From NCBI GenBank assembly GCA_022813965.1, contig JALDZS010000033.1, positions 1 through 64,000 of the forward strand: a stretch of DNA of 64,000 bases. Direction: 5' to 3'. Position numbers and translations under genes: made by a program. Positions within the stretch are counted from its first letter, which is position 1; every line of letters begins with the position of its first letter. Under the pieces are notes generated by a model that had not been told where the DNA came from, searched no databases, and saw only the letters and a list, made by a program, of their open reading frames with translations. This DNA comes from Toensbergia leucococca (Eukaryota). This document shows, piece after piece, positions 25,080-37,159 of this stretch.

Positions 25080-25745
25080 GTTGATTTCTAATTCTGTTAT
25101 CGTGGCATGCGTGGGATCGTCGAAGTTAGCCTGATACGGCGTGACGGCGTTTGTAATTAATAGCTCCTCAGGGCTGAGGGAATGCCGCTACTCTGCGGAG
25201 TATTTAGTATTTGCGTCTGGGATCTTATCAAGCTAAGTTACTCCGTATCATCTCCTCGATCGTTTCGTCTAAAGTATCCATGTGTTTCAAAGCTTAATCA
25301 AGCCCTACAAGCCCCCACTGCCCTACGAGCCTACCTTTCTACCAAGCGAGCCACCGAGCCAAGCTTTGGATCAGTGAAATGTTCGCCCGTCTGACATATC
25401 TAGTTGAACTTATTACGATGAATGCCCTGATAATTTGTATGCATTGGATTTTGCTCTCTGCTTTACCTCCAGTTGTTGTATTCTTTCCCTTCGTCTTCTG
25501 GGCACCACTGAGCAACTTCAGCCTGAAGATAGCACCCCGGCCACCAAAGTTAGCTGTGCCGTCTCCCTGCCGTTCACTCCAGCCACCCCCCCTGACACTC
25601 TACTCAACGATATCCCGATTCCGAGCCTCCGAAGCACACTCCCTAACGATTTGGGGGCCTTGGCACTTTGCCTGGGTACTCTCATAGATCATGTCTACCC
25701 CAAAACCCCCCCATTCGATTCCAGCGTCCCTCATTTTTATGTCTA

Positions 25746-28558
25746 ATGGATAATCAATTCCCGTATAATCTTGCCTCAACGCTTCGACTAAGGTATGCAT
25801 AGTCTATTAAATTCGCCTCTTGAATCCTTTACTAAACCTCTACTCCAGTAATGAGGATGATCGACCTGAGGACGATTCCGCAAAAAAATCCATACTAGAT
25901 CCCGATGACAGCTCTACACGGACCCTCCTACGCCCACAGAGTACAGCGTCGCAGCGCAATGGATCCTACCTCGAACCAGAGCCTGTCATTGACGAACCTG
26001 AATATGCGCTGGAAGAAGGTCATAACCTTCTTCGCATGCGACGCAAACGCTCCGGGACCTCGACCAGATATTCAAGTGGTAGCCCATCGCTATCCACCTT
26101 TGGGGGCCAATATGCAGTTGGTCGCGGAGGTTGGTGGAGACAGCAGATGCTGGTAGATCGAAGTTTTAGGTTCATGGCAGCTTTGATGACTGTGTTTGCC
26201 CTCATCATGATATCTATCTGTGCGGCCTACTTCTCCGATTTCATTAACCGAGCAAACAAAAATAGCACCTCTGTTGGTGGAAAGACTGGCGAGAGTTGCA
26301 AAACCATGGAAGGAAGGAACGTGGTACGTCTCATGCCGGTCACAGCCAACTCGGAATATTTACTAATTCTATGCTCTTCACGCAGGCGATTCATCTACTC
26401 ATTAATATAGCTGCGACAATGATTCTTGGCATGTCTAATACTTACCAACAATTAGTCACATCGTTGAAAGCCGATGAGATTCGGTGGGTTCTTTCGAAGC
26501 GCGGTGACTCAAGAGTCGGAACAAATTCGCCGCTTGCAATCAATCACAAGAAGGTGGGGAAAACAAAGGCCTGGCTTGCATGGTTGCTGCTCATCTCAAC
26601 CTCATTGGTGAGCGTCGGTCCCATATATTGTGATAATATAACCCTATCTCTCATGTGCTGATACACCCATGTAGCCAATCCATTTCCTTGCCAACTCAGT
26701 CATAGGACCCTCTTTTTACGTGACACCACCTCGGTGGCCCTCATACAATGCTAGCAGGGTCGATAGCCAATCAGAGATGTCAGATGGTTCAACCATTGGA
26801 GACAGTTATGAGGATTTCGGTTGCTGGTCCGCTTTCAGATCTGGCCAATATCACTTTGCGCAAGATCTCATCTACTTATCAGATGATTACTATGAAGCTG
26901 ATGTACCAATAACATTCTCGTCTGTCTCTGTCACTTATGACACTAAAAATTGCTCTCGGTATGTGAACGACACTACTACTGCTGTCAGCACTACGGAGCT
27001 TATTACGGTGAATCCCGACGACGAAGAAAACTATCAGACATATGGGATCGGAAACTGTACGGTAGGCGAGTCTGTTGGTTGCATCATAGGTGGCAATGAA
27101 GAACAAACCTGTCGCCTGAATGTGAGAATGCAGGCTGCAATTATCCTTGCAGGATGTCTTACCATCAAGGCAGTCTACATGGTCCTCATCAATTTCATCG
27201 CCCGGGGGAGGACTAAAGCTCATTGTCTCACTTTTGGGGATGTCATCGTGGCCTCGGCGCTGGATCCCGACTTGCGAATCCAAAACGAGTGCATGGTCAA
27301 TGCCGGGGACGGATACAGGCATCTTGTTGGGCATACGTGCCACAAACACTGCAAAGATCCGGAGCCTTCCATCACTGGGGACACGATCGGCCACTGCCAG
27401 AAGTGCAAGAAGTGGAATACGGTTGACAAAGCTGCTGATCTGCCCCATCCCGCCATTGCCATCAAGTACAAGAAATCTCTTATATCGAATCTCGGCTCAA
27501 CCGCGGTAACGCAAATGATAATACTAATGTTCTGTTCTATTTGCATGCTAGGCATCTCTTTATTCATTGCTGTTGCCATGGGGTCCATGGCGTCGGATTA
27601 CAAATATGTCTGCGCCAACCTCAACAGTCCCTACGCTGATGACTACGACATAAGTATCGATGATTGCCAACGTGGTCTCAAGGCTTACTTGAACGAGAAT
27701 TTTGGCACGTTTGGCGGCTTCAATTCGAGCGTGGCACTGGCGACTCTTGCGCCTGACAGCCTCTCGAGCGAGATAGCGGCTTTTTCAATCTCCAACGGAG
27801 CTCAGCTTCTGTACTCCCTACTCTACCTTCTCTTGATCTATAATATAACCCTTATCAGCATGGAGCACGACTGGGGGAAGTTCGAGGAAGAACGCAAGCG
27901 GCCCCGCTGCACTTTAGTCAGAGGGCGTGTCTTTGATCAATCATACCTTCTGCAATTACCGAAGATGATTCTATATCCCATGATGTTCTTCAGCTCCTTG
28001 ATGCACTGGTTGCTCGGCCAAGCCATCTCGACGAGAGAGTCTATATGGGCAGATGCGTCATTCAAAGTCGAACACTCGCAATACACTGTAAGCGCTTCGC
28101 CTTGTCTTCGTAATCCCATCCGCTAATCTCTATTTTCCAAAGGTCGTCTACGCCGCGTACCCCATCTGGATGTCCACTGTTTGTATGTTGACCATGACCG
28201 GCGGCTGCTGGTGGGCCTTCACCTACACGCGCGAAGGCTTCATCCCTCAGATGTACGGCTCTATCCGCGCTTGCTGCGCCTCCACCACCGATCTAGACGA
28301 TTTCCCTCGTGAAGGTGTCATGTGGGGTGACCGTAAGCTCTTTTCTCTTAGACTCAATGTTCGACCTGAGCATCAATCGCTAACTCTCTTACAGTGGGTA
28401 TAAGCGGCAAGTTCCGCCACGCCGGCTTCTCAGCTTCCAGTATCGGCAAAATTATCCCCGCCGAGCTGTACTGCGGTCGCGGAAATCTAGATTCGAATGC
28501 TGGCGGGAAAAGCGATGCTGATCGTGTGCATGACTACCCGAAAGAGAAGATTTCGTGA
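25746..28558 (+). CDS. Fungal multi-pass membrane protein (DUF6536-like), ~6 exons
   Basis: IHLLINIAATMILGMSNTYQQL..LLLISTSLPIHFLANSVIG, LTFGDVIVAS, SYLLQLP..SSLMHWLLGQAI and a terminal WGD..HAGFS are typical of this family. First intron 25793-25848 restores the frame. Stop TGA at 28556-28558. Confidence 0.75.
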
Positions 28559-30451
28559 CTCCGGGGCTGGAGATGCAAAATGTAGATATGAGCCTTGCAT
28601 ATATGCATGAGATTGCTTCTTAGCTAGCATTGCTTGCGTGCTTATACCCTTTCGTTTTTCTCCCATTCTTCTTCTCTTCTATTTTTGATCCCGTAGCGTT
28701 GGATACTTCAGAGCTTTGGGGGATTACTGAGCGCTAGCATGATGACGGCAGGGACTCCTGGCTGATAGGCTAAGTATATAGGGCAGGGAATTGTTGGAGA
28801 TGGATGTTAGGACATAGTAGTTATAGGTTGTGGAGAACATAACTTCCTGTGCGGGTGTCGTATCGAACCAAATCTATAAAAGACGATACATAATGGTTGC
28901 ACCATATACCGTTGTCACAAATGATCATCAAAGATGAGACAATCATACTCAAGAATTCTCACACTACTACTGTAGCAAATATTCCACTCCGTCTTCTTTC
29001 CAGCAAAACTACCCTCGAGCGTGTGTGCTCTGTTTTTTGACATCCGGATATTCAAGGGCCCACCCAAATGTCTAAACCACTATAGCAAAACAAATTCTCA
29101 TTGGCGTGTTCCTCTTGCAGTTTATGTTGGGCAACATGGAAATTGACCAGGTTTTTTTACAAAGGTCAGGAGTTGTGCTGCTCTCTGATAAGAGACTAAG
29201 TCCCCGATTTTCACATTCCGTAGCCCGCAGGTGATTTTTTTTTGGGAGTCTAGGAGAATTTACTTCTCTACCCCATGAGGTAAGTAAGATGATTCCAGCG
29301 TTATCTCCCTCCATTCCTCCCTCCCTGTCTCTTTCATCGTCCTAATCAATCCTCATCCTTTACCCCCCGCTTTCTAACCCAATACAAAAGACCCAAAAGA
29401 CACAAAAGTTGTCTCTCCTCTTGTTGGGGGGGGGGTGTTCATAGCGCGATTCCTCCGCTTGGAATTTGAAGGAAAATAGCAACTTCCCTCCTTCTGAGCC
29501 AAAAAAAAAAATACATCTTAGTGATTCCCAAAAACCTTGAGGTTACAGATTCTTTTCCACACCTAGCTTTCCTACGTACCTACCCGTTCCCCCAGGAAAA
29601 AAAAACCACAGGTTCAATGAAGCTTTTTTGCCACCATTGGGTTGGGGGGGAAAAATTCAGGGCAATGACAACAAAAGAAAAGGAATGGGAATCCTGACTC
29701 AAGTTGAAAGAGAACGAAGAGAGCCAAATTCATTTCTCAATTCCCCCCTCCCCCCACCCCGGCCCTCAGTTTTTGAAGAGAAAGGGGAAGGAAAGATATA
29801 GAAGAATGGGGTGAATACCCAAAAAGAAATACATTCAAAAATGGGGTCCCAAATCCAACAATAACCACTTCTGAAATTTGCTCTCCCTGCCAAAACCCCC
29901 CCCCCTCCCCACCCACCCTCCCCAACGCAAAACCCAAAATAACCTATCAAATCTTCTAAAAAAAACCCCCAAAGTTCACAAGAAGACCACACCCATACTA
30001 ACCCAACCAACTGGACTTAAAAACAAGAGATAGAGACTACATTTCCGAGATCGGAGTTAAAGTAGATGGGAGCAGAAACGGGAGTGAGATACTGGAATCT
30101 TGAATGGTCAGATTGATGCTGGGGATTAAAATACCTGGAAAAAAAATTACCGCTCCCATGCCGGGATATCTAATTTGGAGCCTTTGGAGGGAAGCGAAAG
30201 AAGCACCTGTGCCTGTGCACTGGTTCCGTCGTGCGGGTGGCACAGGGGTGTATGGGTGGTTGATGATCTGACTCTGTATGTCTGGGTGAGGTTATGGTGA
30301 TGATACTCTATATGCGGCGGTGGACAGATACGTGGGTATGTGGAAGCGTGTATATTTGTACAGCTAACACTCCCCCCCGGGCCTTTCTCTCGACCCCAAA
30401 ATCAACAGACACATGAGACCCAAAGAACGGGGAGAAGGATAAAAACCCCAA

Positions 30452-33066
30452 TCAACGCCGCTTAAAAGCCGAAGAAGAAGAAGAAGATCCAACCCCATTA
30501 CTAAGCCCCACCCTTGCCATCCGTTTCGGCACCGGAACCTCGAGTTCGCTATCCGCGGACTCGTCGTCCTCGTCATCCATCTCATCTGCACCCTCAGCGT
30601 CGCCAGAGTCGTCGTCCGTTTCCTCGGCTTCATCGTCGAAGAGGTCTTCTTCTTCTTCGTTTGAGCTGGCGGAGGAGGATGTGAGGATGCCGTTTGTAGC
30701 TGTAGTGGTGGGCATGCCGTCCGATGCGGAGTCCGCGGAGCTTTCGTCCGTGTCGGAGTTGTTGGGGATGGTTTCGGATAGGGAGGTGGGTTTGGGGTGC
30801 TTCGAGGTGGGTTTACTGGTGGTGGTGTTAATGGGTGACTCGTCCTCAGAGGAAGATTCTTCTTGGCCTTCGACGTAGATGACATCGTCTTCGTCGTCGT
30901 CGTCGCCGTTGATTGCGTTTTGGGAGCGTCCCTGCATGCTTTTCCGCAGATTCATTTGCGCTTCCAGCATGTCTAGCTTGCCCTTCAAAGAAAGTAGCGA
31001 CTGCAAGCTGTTCGCCCGCTCTTTAACCACACGATGCAGCGACGCGAGCTTTTTCATGACTGCGGGTTGGCCAGCAAGGTATCCTCCGTGAGCGACAAGT
31101 GTCCACTGGATCCAGACCATGAGGCTTCCCGCCCGCCCCGGACGATTATGCAGGCGTTCTGCCAGCCTTTGCAGTAGTACTGTTGCCAGGGACGAGTCCA
31201 GTCGCTCGATAGTTGTGCGGACCATACTCAGATCTGAGACGGTGAAGCAGGTTTCCAGGAGAGTGGCGTCGTTAGTTCGTAGTGATTGGGCGAGAACGGT
31301 GCTTAGAGATACGCCGGATGGCAGCTGGAGACTTCTTTCGCCGCTAGAGGTAAGAGCTTGGACGTTGGGCTCAGCGAAAGTTGCGGCGACGTCTACTGTT
31401 TCGGGTGCGTTTGCCCGGATGAGATCTCCAAAGGAAGGCTCACCAGGTTCTTCTTCTTCGTCATCACCAACGGCTTTAGCTTCTGCGTCGGCCATATCAA
31501 TATCAGTGTCTTCTGGCTTTGATAGCTCTGATGTTTGTTCAGGAGCTCTATCCACGTCGAAGTCGCCGAATTCGCTCTCCTCTTCGCCGCTGGAGATATC
31601 GATGACTTCCGGAGGAGCGACAGCCATCTGCACCTCGTCATCTACTTCTTCGCCATTCGCTACTACCGTATGGGATTCATCAACGTGGCTCAGTCCCATG
31701 TCCTTCACTCCATTCATGACAACGGCTCCAACACCAGGGCCATCTTTCCCTCTGATGATCTCTTTCGTCCCGGATACCAGGAAGTTCCCTGTCTTCTCGT
31801 CACGCCATTGAATCCTCTCGAACATCAATTTCACGCCACCTTCCGTCCAGGCCATAACAATTTCGTTGCCCTGAAAAGAGGCATTTATCAGGGGAACGAC
31901 CGTACCGGCCTGGTCAGGTCTCGTGATTTTTATGAGCGCCGTTGCCTTTCGTGTCATCCGCTTTGGTCGAGATCCCGGTTTCGTCGAGTCTTTCTGTGTG
32001 TTAGAGGTGATGAACTCAAATGGCGCAGGAAATAATTCGAGAAGTCCATCCCTGTTGACGGCTGCTAGGGCCTGTCGAGGTCTCATCATGCTATCCAAAA
32101 CATCTATATTTGCCTCTGAATCCCGTCTTATCTCATCTCCTGTGTAAAATGTGAGAGATGTGACCTCGTTCTCGACGACAAGATTTCCAATCAACTTGCG
32201 TGTATCTACGCTAAATACACCGATGAAGTGATCAGACTCAGCAGCTGTCAGGAACGAAGAGGCTCGTGTTGAGCCAGGCGATGAGGTGAGAATAGTATGA
32301 ACAGGGTGGTTAGAGGCAGGTATTGGAGGATCTTGTTCTCCAGAATCGGGGTCGATGGTATAAACTGTATGTGAGGCGCAGATGAGAGACGAGTTCATAG
32401 GGTATAATGTAGTCGCATTGTGGATAGGTATTGTGAGAATCCTGAAATTGTCAGCAATCCATATAAACAAAATACCATTTCTCTTCACCTTGAGCTGGTA
32501 CCCTTCCATAGATTCCATTGCACCAGCTTGCCATCACCGCCTATGCTCCACCCATCGCCAGAACCTCCGCCATCTGTAAACTTGAATTCCCTTACTCCTT
32601 GCACGTGTGGGCCTTTCAAAGTCCCTACAACTTTCGCCTCTGCAGGTGAAAACATATGGATCTCTGATTCACTTGTCCCAAATGCAACCACAACATCACC
32701 GACATTCTCACGAGTGCCAAAACCATTGACTTTCTCTTCCCTTTTCCTCTTTTTCTTCAAATGTTGTTGATTCTGATCTCTGTGTCTCCCGCCATAGTAG
32801 CCCCAATCTAAACAATTTATGGTAGCTTTCGAGGCGATCGCGTGCTCACACCGTAGTCGACCCGTCACAGTGTCATGAATTCGCAGATGTTGAGAGTCCA
32901 AACCTTGAATCACAGAAGCGAACAGCGAGAGCTGATACTCAGAAGGAGAGAAGAGAGAGCGCAGGACTGAGGATTGGCTGGCACTTTTAGTTGCTGAGGC
33001 CGTTGCGAAAGCCGTTGCGGAGGATATTTTGGGTGCTGCCCCACGTGAAGATTTGTGACGGCCCAT
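30452..33066 (-). CDS. UTP5: U3 snoRNP/t-UTP subunit Utp5 (WD40-like N-terminus, Utp12 domain, acidic tail), 2 exons
   Basis: Motifs LFASVIQGLDSQHLRIHDT, SLSTVLAQSLRTNDATLLETC, LLQRLAERL..PGRAGSLMVWIQWTLVAHGGYL and LLSLKGKLDML. Intron 32442-32488. Confidence 0.9.
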
Positions 33067-33161
33067 CTTAGTCGTCCTTGCCTCCTTGAAGACACTATGA
33101 TGCCCCAGGATTCGGTTGTGAGCCGCAGCACCAAAAAATGCAACGCCGGTGATTTTCGGCA

Positions 33162-33240
33162 AAACCCTATGATGCAGAGGAAATAATTGTGTGTCTGCTG
33201 CCGAACTTTTTTTGATATTCGATCCTTCGCGCTAGGGTTT
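33162..33240. promoter_or_regulatory. Inverted pair of telo-box/Tbf1-like motifs (AAACCCTA, TAGGGTTT) flanking a T7 tract upstream of UTP5
   Basis: AAACCCTA at 33162-33169, TAGGGTTT at 33233-33240, with AACTTTTTTTGA between them. Located ~100-170 bp upstream of the UTP5 ATG. Confidence 0.35.
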
Positions 33241-33664
33241 AGGCTATCGTAGCCGCTAGCGCCAATCATCCTCGGGTCATGTTCAACTTTCAACTTCACT
33301 TCTAGCGTACTCGTATGGACGGATAGATTGGTATTGATACTATCTCTCACAGCTAATGAAAACACGTTTCATTCGGATGCGTAGGGATTCTGCTCCGTAT
33401 CGAAAAGGCTTTTTGGCAAGTGGCCATAAGTCTCTCGAAATTGAAACCCCTTCAATAGAACGCCGTGGAGAGCTTCAACACAAAAGATTCGGGCTACATA
33501 AGAGTCCTTAAGTATATGTTGATTTATTTATTACTGTTATAATATTATTGAGGGGCCAGATGATGTTCAGCTCGGAGAATACGATATCGTGCCCGTGCCC
33601 ATTCCTGCTCAGAGCTGGAGTGGCTTTCTCCCTTCGTAAAAATTATGTGAAAGAAAGTCCCTTA

Positions 33665-34702
33665 TTAGGAGAGAAGGATCTCAACAGGCCCTGCCAGCGT
33701 ACCAAAGCTAGTCAAGTCATTCTCTGTCAACCCACCGGAGAAAGTGGTCAAGACCCCAAATGCAGCACCTGCAACGCCCGATGGAACAGGTACGCTACCA
33801 CTACCCGGCGCTACGCTAGTAACCTCTTGGAAGATCGGTGCAGAGATATTTTGGTTGATGATCGCAATATAAAGTGGCCCGCTCGTTTGAACAAAGAACG
33901 TGCTTGGATCCCAAGCGAAGTCGAGCATGGTACCTGCCGGGGTTGGTGGCTGGAGGCTCACTGGAGGCATTGGAGAGGTGAGGTTGAGCTTTGGCAAGAT
34001 GATAAGAGGAAGTTGTTTCGGGCAAGAGACGATGAACATCTGCGCAAGATTGTAGGCCCATACTGCAGATAAGCCGGTATCGAAATTGGTTGGAAATGGA
34101 CTCGCACCCAAGCCTATGCGAAGAAATGCATCATGGCGGGCTTCCACCGTGAGAATGGATGCTGCGGCTTCTTCGAGCACAGCAGAGTCTGTGAGATTCT
34201 CGGAGCCGCCAAGATAGGCGCCAATGCCAACGCTACCAATGATCAGTAGAGACAAGCAAAAAACTGTCGAGAAAGAGCGCACCTCGTGATCATGTTTGCT
34301 AGAAACACAAAAGACTTTGGATCTACGGATGTTGGAAATTGGTAGGTGCATGCCGGTATCGGGGCCACTCCATTAGAAGATAGAATTGTGGCAATGGTAT
34401 CGGCGTGAACTTGCTCGTGCTGATTACAAATTCAGCTTCTGGACTTGAGCTTGGACTTGACTTTTACTCACCCCAGCAATGACGCATACATTCTCCCTGT
34501 ATCCGGGGGCAAACCCTTGGGCTGAGTATTGAGCGTCGGTAAAATTATCACAGCCACCAGTGTAGAGGCTAAGCTCCAGATGCTCCAGATACAGAGCCAA
34601 TTCAAGGACATTCTGATCCGATTCCGAAAGAGCGCGCTTTTGAAGAGGTGCAGTCAAGGTCAATGGCAACAATGCAGTGATCAAAGCAAGGACAGAAAGC
34701 AT
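33665..34702 (-). CDS. Secreted ferritin-like domain protein (Rds1-like stress protein), 3 exons
   Basis: Signal peptide MLSVLALITALLPLTLTAP followed by KR. Ferritin-fold motifs LELALYLEHLELSLY, HEQVHA, VGIGAYLG and SILTVEARHDAFLR. Confidence 0.85.
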
Positions 34703-36111
34703 CTTGAATGACTTTATGTAGATCAGAGTTGGCCGAAAGTGCTTTGAAAAGATGGCTCTCTGCAGTGAAACATATGAAATGTAGATGGAATAAAATGATG
34801 AAGGCAAAGGAAATCTTTATGTACGCTTCCCCAAACGCCTCTGATTTAAGGACCCATGAGGTACACATGTTCCCCATGTTCCTGCATTTGACACAGAAAA
34901 CCCGTCCAGCCAAACAATATCTTTGACATCACCACTTTTGGCACCACCACAAATCTTGGACCTTTCACAGACTAGGGACTCTTCTCATTGGAGAGCTCGG
35001 ATCATAAATCCGTGGGTAACATCGCTTCATTGAGGGTCGGTAGCTCTTGATCAATTTGATATTGCGGGGAAGCCAGATCTGAGTCCCTCGGACGATCATA
35101 ATGACGGAGACTTACGCAAGCTAAGGCTTGGTTGCAACTTTGAACCATACTTTTAACTGAACGTACATGTACCTTAGGTCTTTGAAATAGGGAAGCTGTC
35201 AATTGTTCGCGCTTTACGTCAATCAGACCAGCAGACTCCGCGACCAGAGTGAGAGCACACTTCGGGGTTGGCAATGGGAAAGGTAAGAGGCGACGTTGGC
35301 GCCACGATGAACGATCTGATCAGCCTACCAATGCAATTCGCAGTCTCTTGAAAACTAGGAGATGCTCTTCCTCGTAAATACTGGCACTCATGCTCGCAAG
35401 ATGATAATGTTGTAACGTAGTTGAGGTATTTGTGTGTTGTTTGGCATAGTTAGGCCTACCCTAATGTCTGGTGTGAGGTTGAACGCGTAGGTGGGGGTGG
35501 CGGTGCTCGATACTAACGAGCCAATTAGTCTACCATCATGGTTACATACTGTTCCTACTCCTCTTTTTTCCTGGATGAAGTCGACGATTCCTAATTGAAG
35601 AGATGGATCGAAAGCCACAGCTCACATGCAGGTTTTGTCAAGTGTCAACGTTGTTATTGTTCTTGTTGTTGTGCGCCATCTTCTTGGTCTCTGTCAGGAT
35701 TTCTATGCTGATTGACACCTAATCAACTCTCTCAAGTTATGTTGATGATGTTCGCATGGAGCAGCACAGTACTCCAACTTCATGGCATGGCTGTTCTTTT
35801 GAGATAATCCGGTCAGGCTTCCGTGGTCATGTAATTCCTCTCCTATTGTGTCGTTTAAATGGAGGAATCTGGTAATTGTATTTGCTCATTTCATGAGATT
35901 TCAGTGTTCCCAATGTCTCCGCTCAAAGAAAATGAGGTTTGCTGGTTCGCGAGAAGGCGTGAGGATGTTGAGGGGCGGTGCTGGTTTCTCGCATGATTAC
36001 TTCCGTAATCTTCGATCGTTCTGTTGCGACACACTTGCCCCTTTTTATCGCAGACAAATGTTGTGCGCAATTACGGAGAGGCACCCCCATATTATGTACA
36101 TCCCGCCTGCC

Positions 36112-36303
36112 TCAGGGGCATCTTAAATGAGCTCGACTCACAGGTCGTTGCGATCTGGAAGGTGGCAATTGGCAAGTGTCGCCATCAGGGCAAAAATCAG
36201 CATGGATCACATGGCTCGGCGGGTAAGCGGAGAAAGCGGAGTCACGGGGTCGCAATTGTGGTGGATGATCAGCTTCGTCCAGCACTGACTTTGTAGAGGC
36301 CAT
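36112..36303 (-). CDS. Possible first exon of a small unknown gene divergent from BDF1
   Basis: GCCACCATGG start context at 36303, then 54 codons and a phase-0 GTGAGT donor at 36141. Downstream exon not resolved. Confidence 0.3.
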   Translation of the reverse strand: MASTKSVLDEADHPPQLRPRDSAFSAYPPSHVIHADFCPDGDTCQLPPSRSQRPVSRAHLRCP

Positions 36304-37159
36304 GGTGGCCGACTGTTGATGAATGTCTTCTGGCGGTGAAGTGAAATGTCGCCGTCGCAGATTCAATATGACTGATGCCTGATGTAAGGGCGCGGCAATG
36401 TTCAGAGATAGGGGCATCTTTTTCTGGCGACTAGGCTAGATGCAGGAATGCTTCATGCAGGCACGGCCAATCAGAGCAGTCAGATGCCGTAATCCTGGTA
36501 GTTCGGGAAATGCCACCCAAGGCTAAAACCTTCGTGGGCCATTTAAAGACTTGACGCTTCGTCACGTCTTTTCGCCGCCTTTTCGGTGTCTTATTTTACC
36601 TCGGCCCTGCTTCTCGACTTCGATTCACAGGCACAGGCCACTCACACACCCGCCGCACCCAGACTGCCCTCGTGATCTCCACGCTGCCGCTCTGGTGGCT
36701 CCACTTTCCCTGTTATAAGCGTAGCGTTTGGTCGCTTTAGTTAGTCTGACCTGCGATAGCAAATCGCTACCCTTGTTGAAGCTATTCCCACATCTCAGGG
36801 CATCTACCCTTTAGGGCAGGAACGCCATAGTCAATACCACTTCGTATCCACTACTGATTGCGCCTCTGTTCACCTTTGAAGAGTCATCGAGAGAGATCAT
36901 ATTCACTCTGCCGACCATTCATGAAAGTCGGCATTCTCGTGTTTTGTTTTTCATAAGCCTCGAAATTTTTGGTGGTGGTGGTGAATTTCTCACCAATATC
37001 ATCAACACCGCAAATCCATATTGGAGCAACCTTAAAAGACTTGCTGTACCTACATACCTACCTCTCTTGCGACGACGCTCTCTCTCCACTTGTGCTACCA
37101 GCAGAGAATTCTTAGCTTACATATCTGCGCCAGCGGTAGATTCCGTCAACTTCCTGTCT

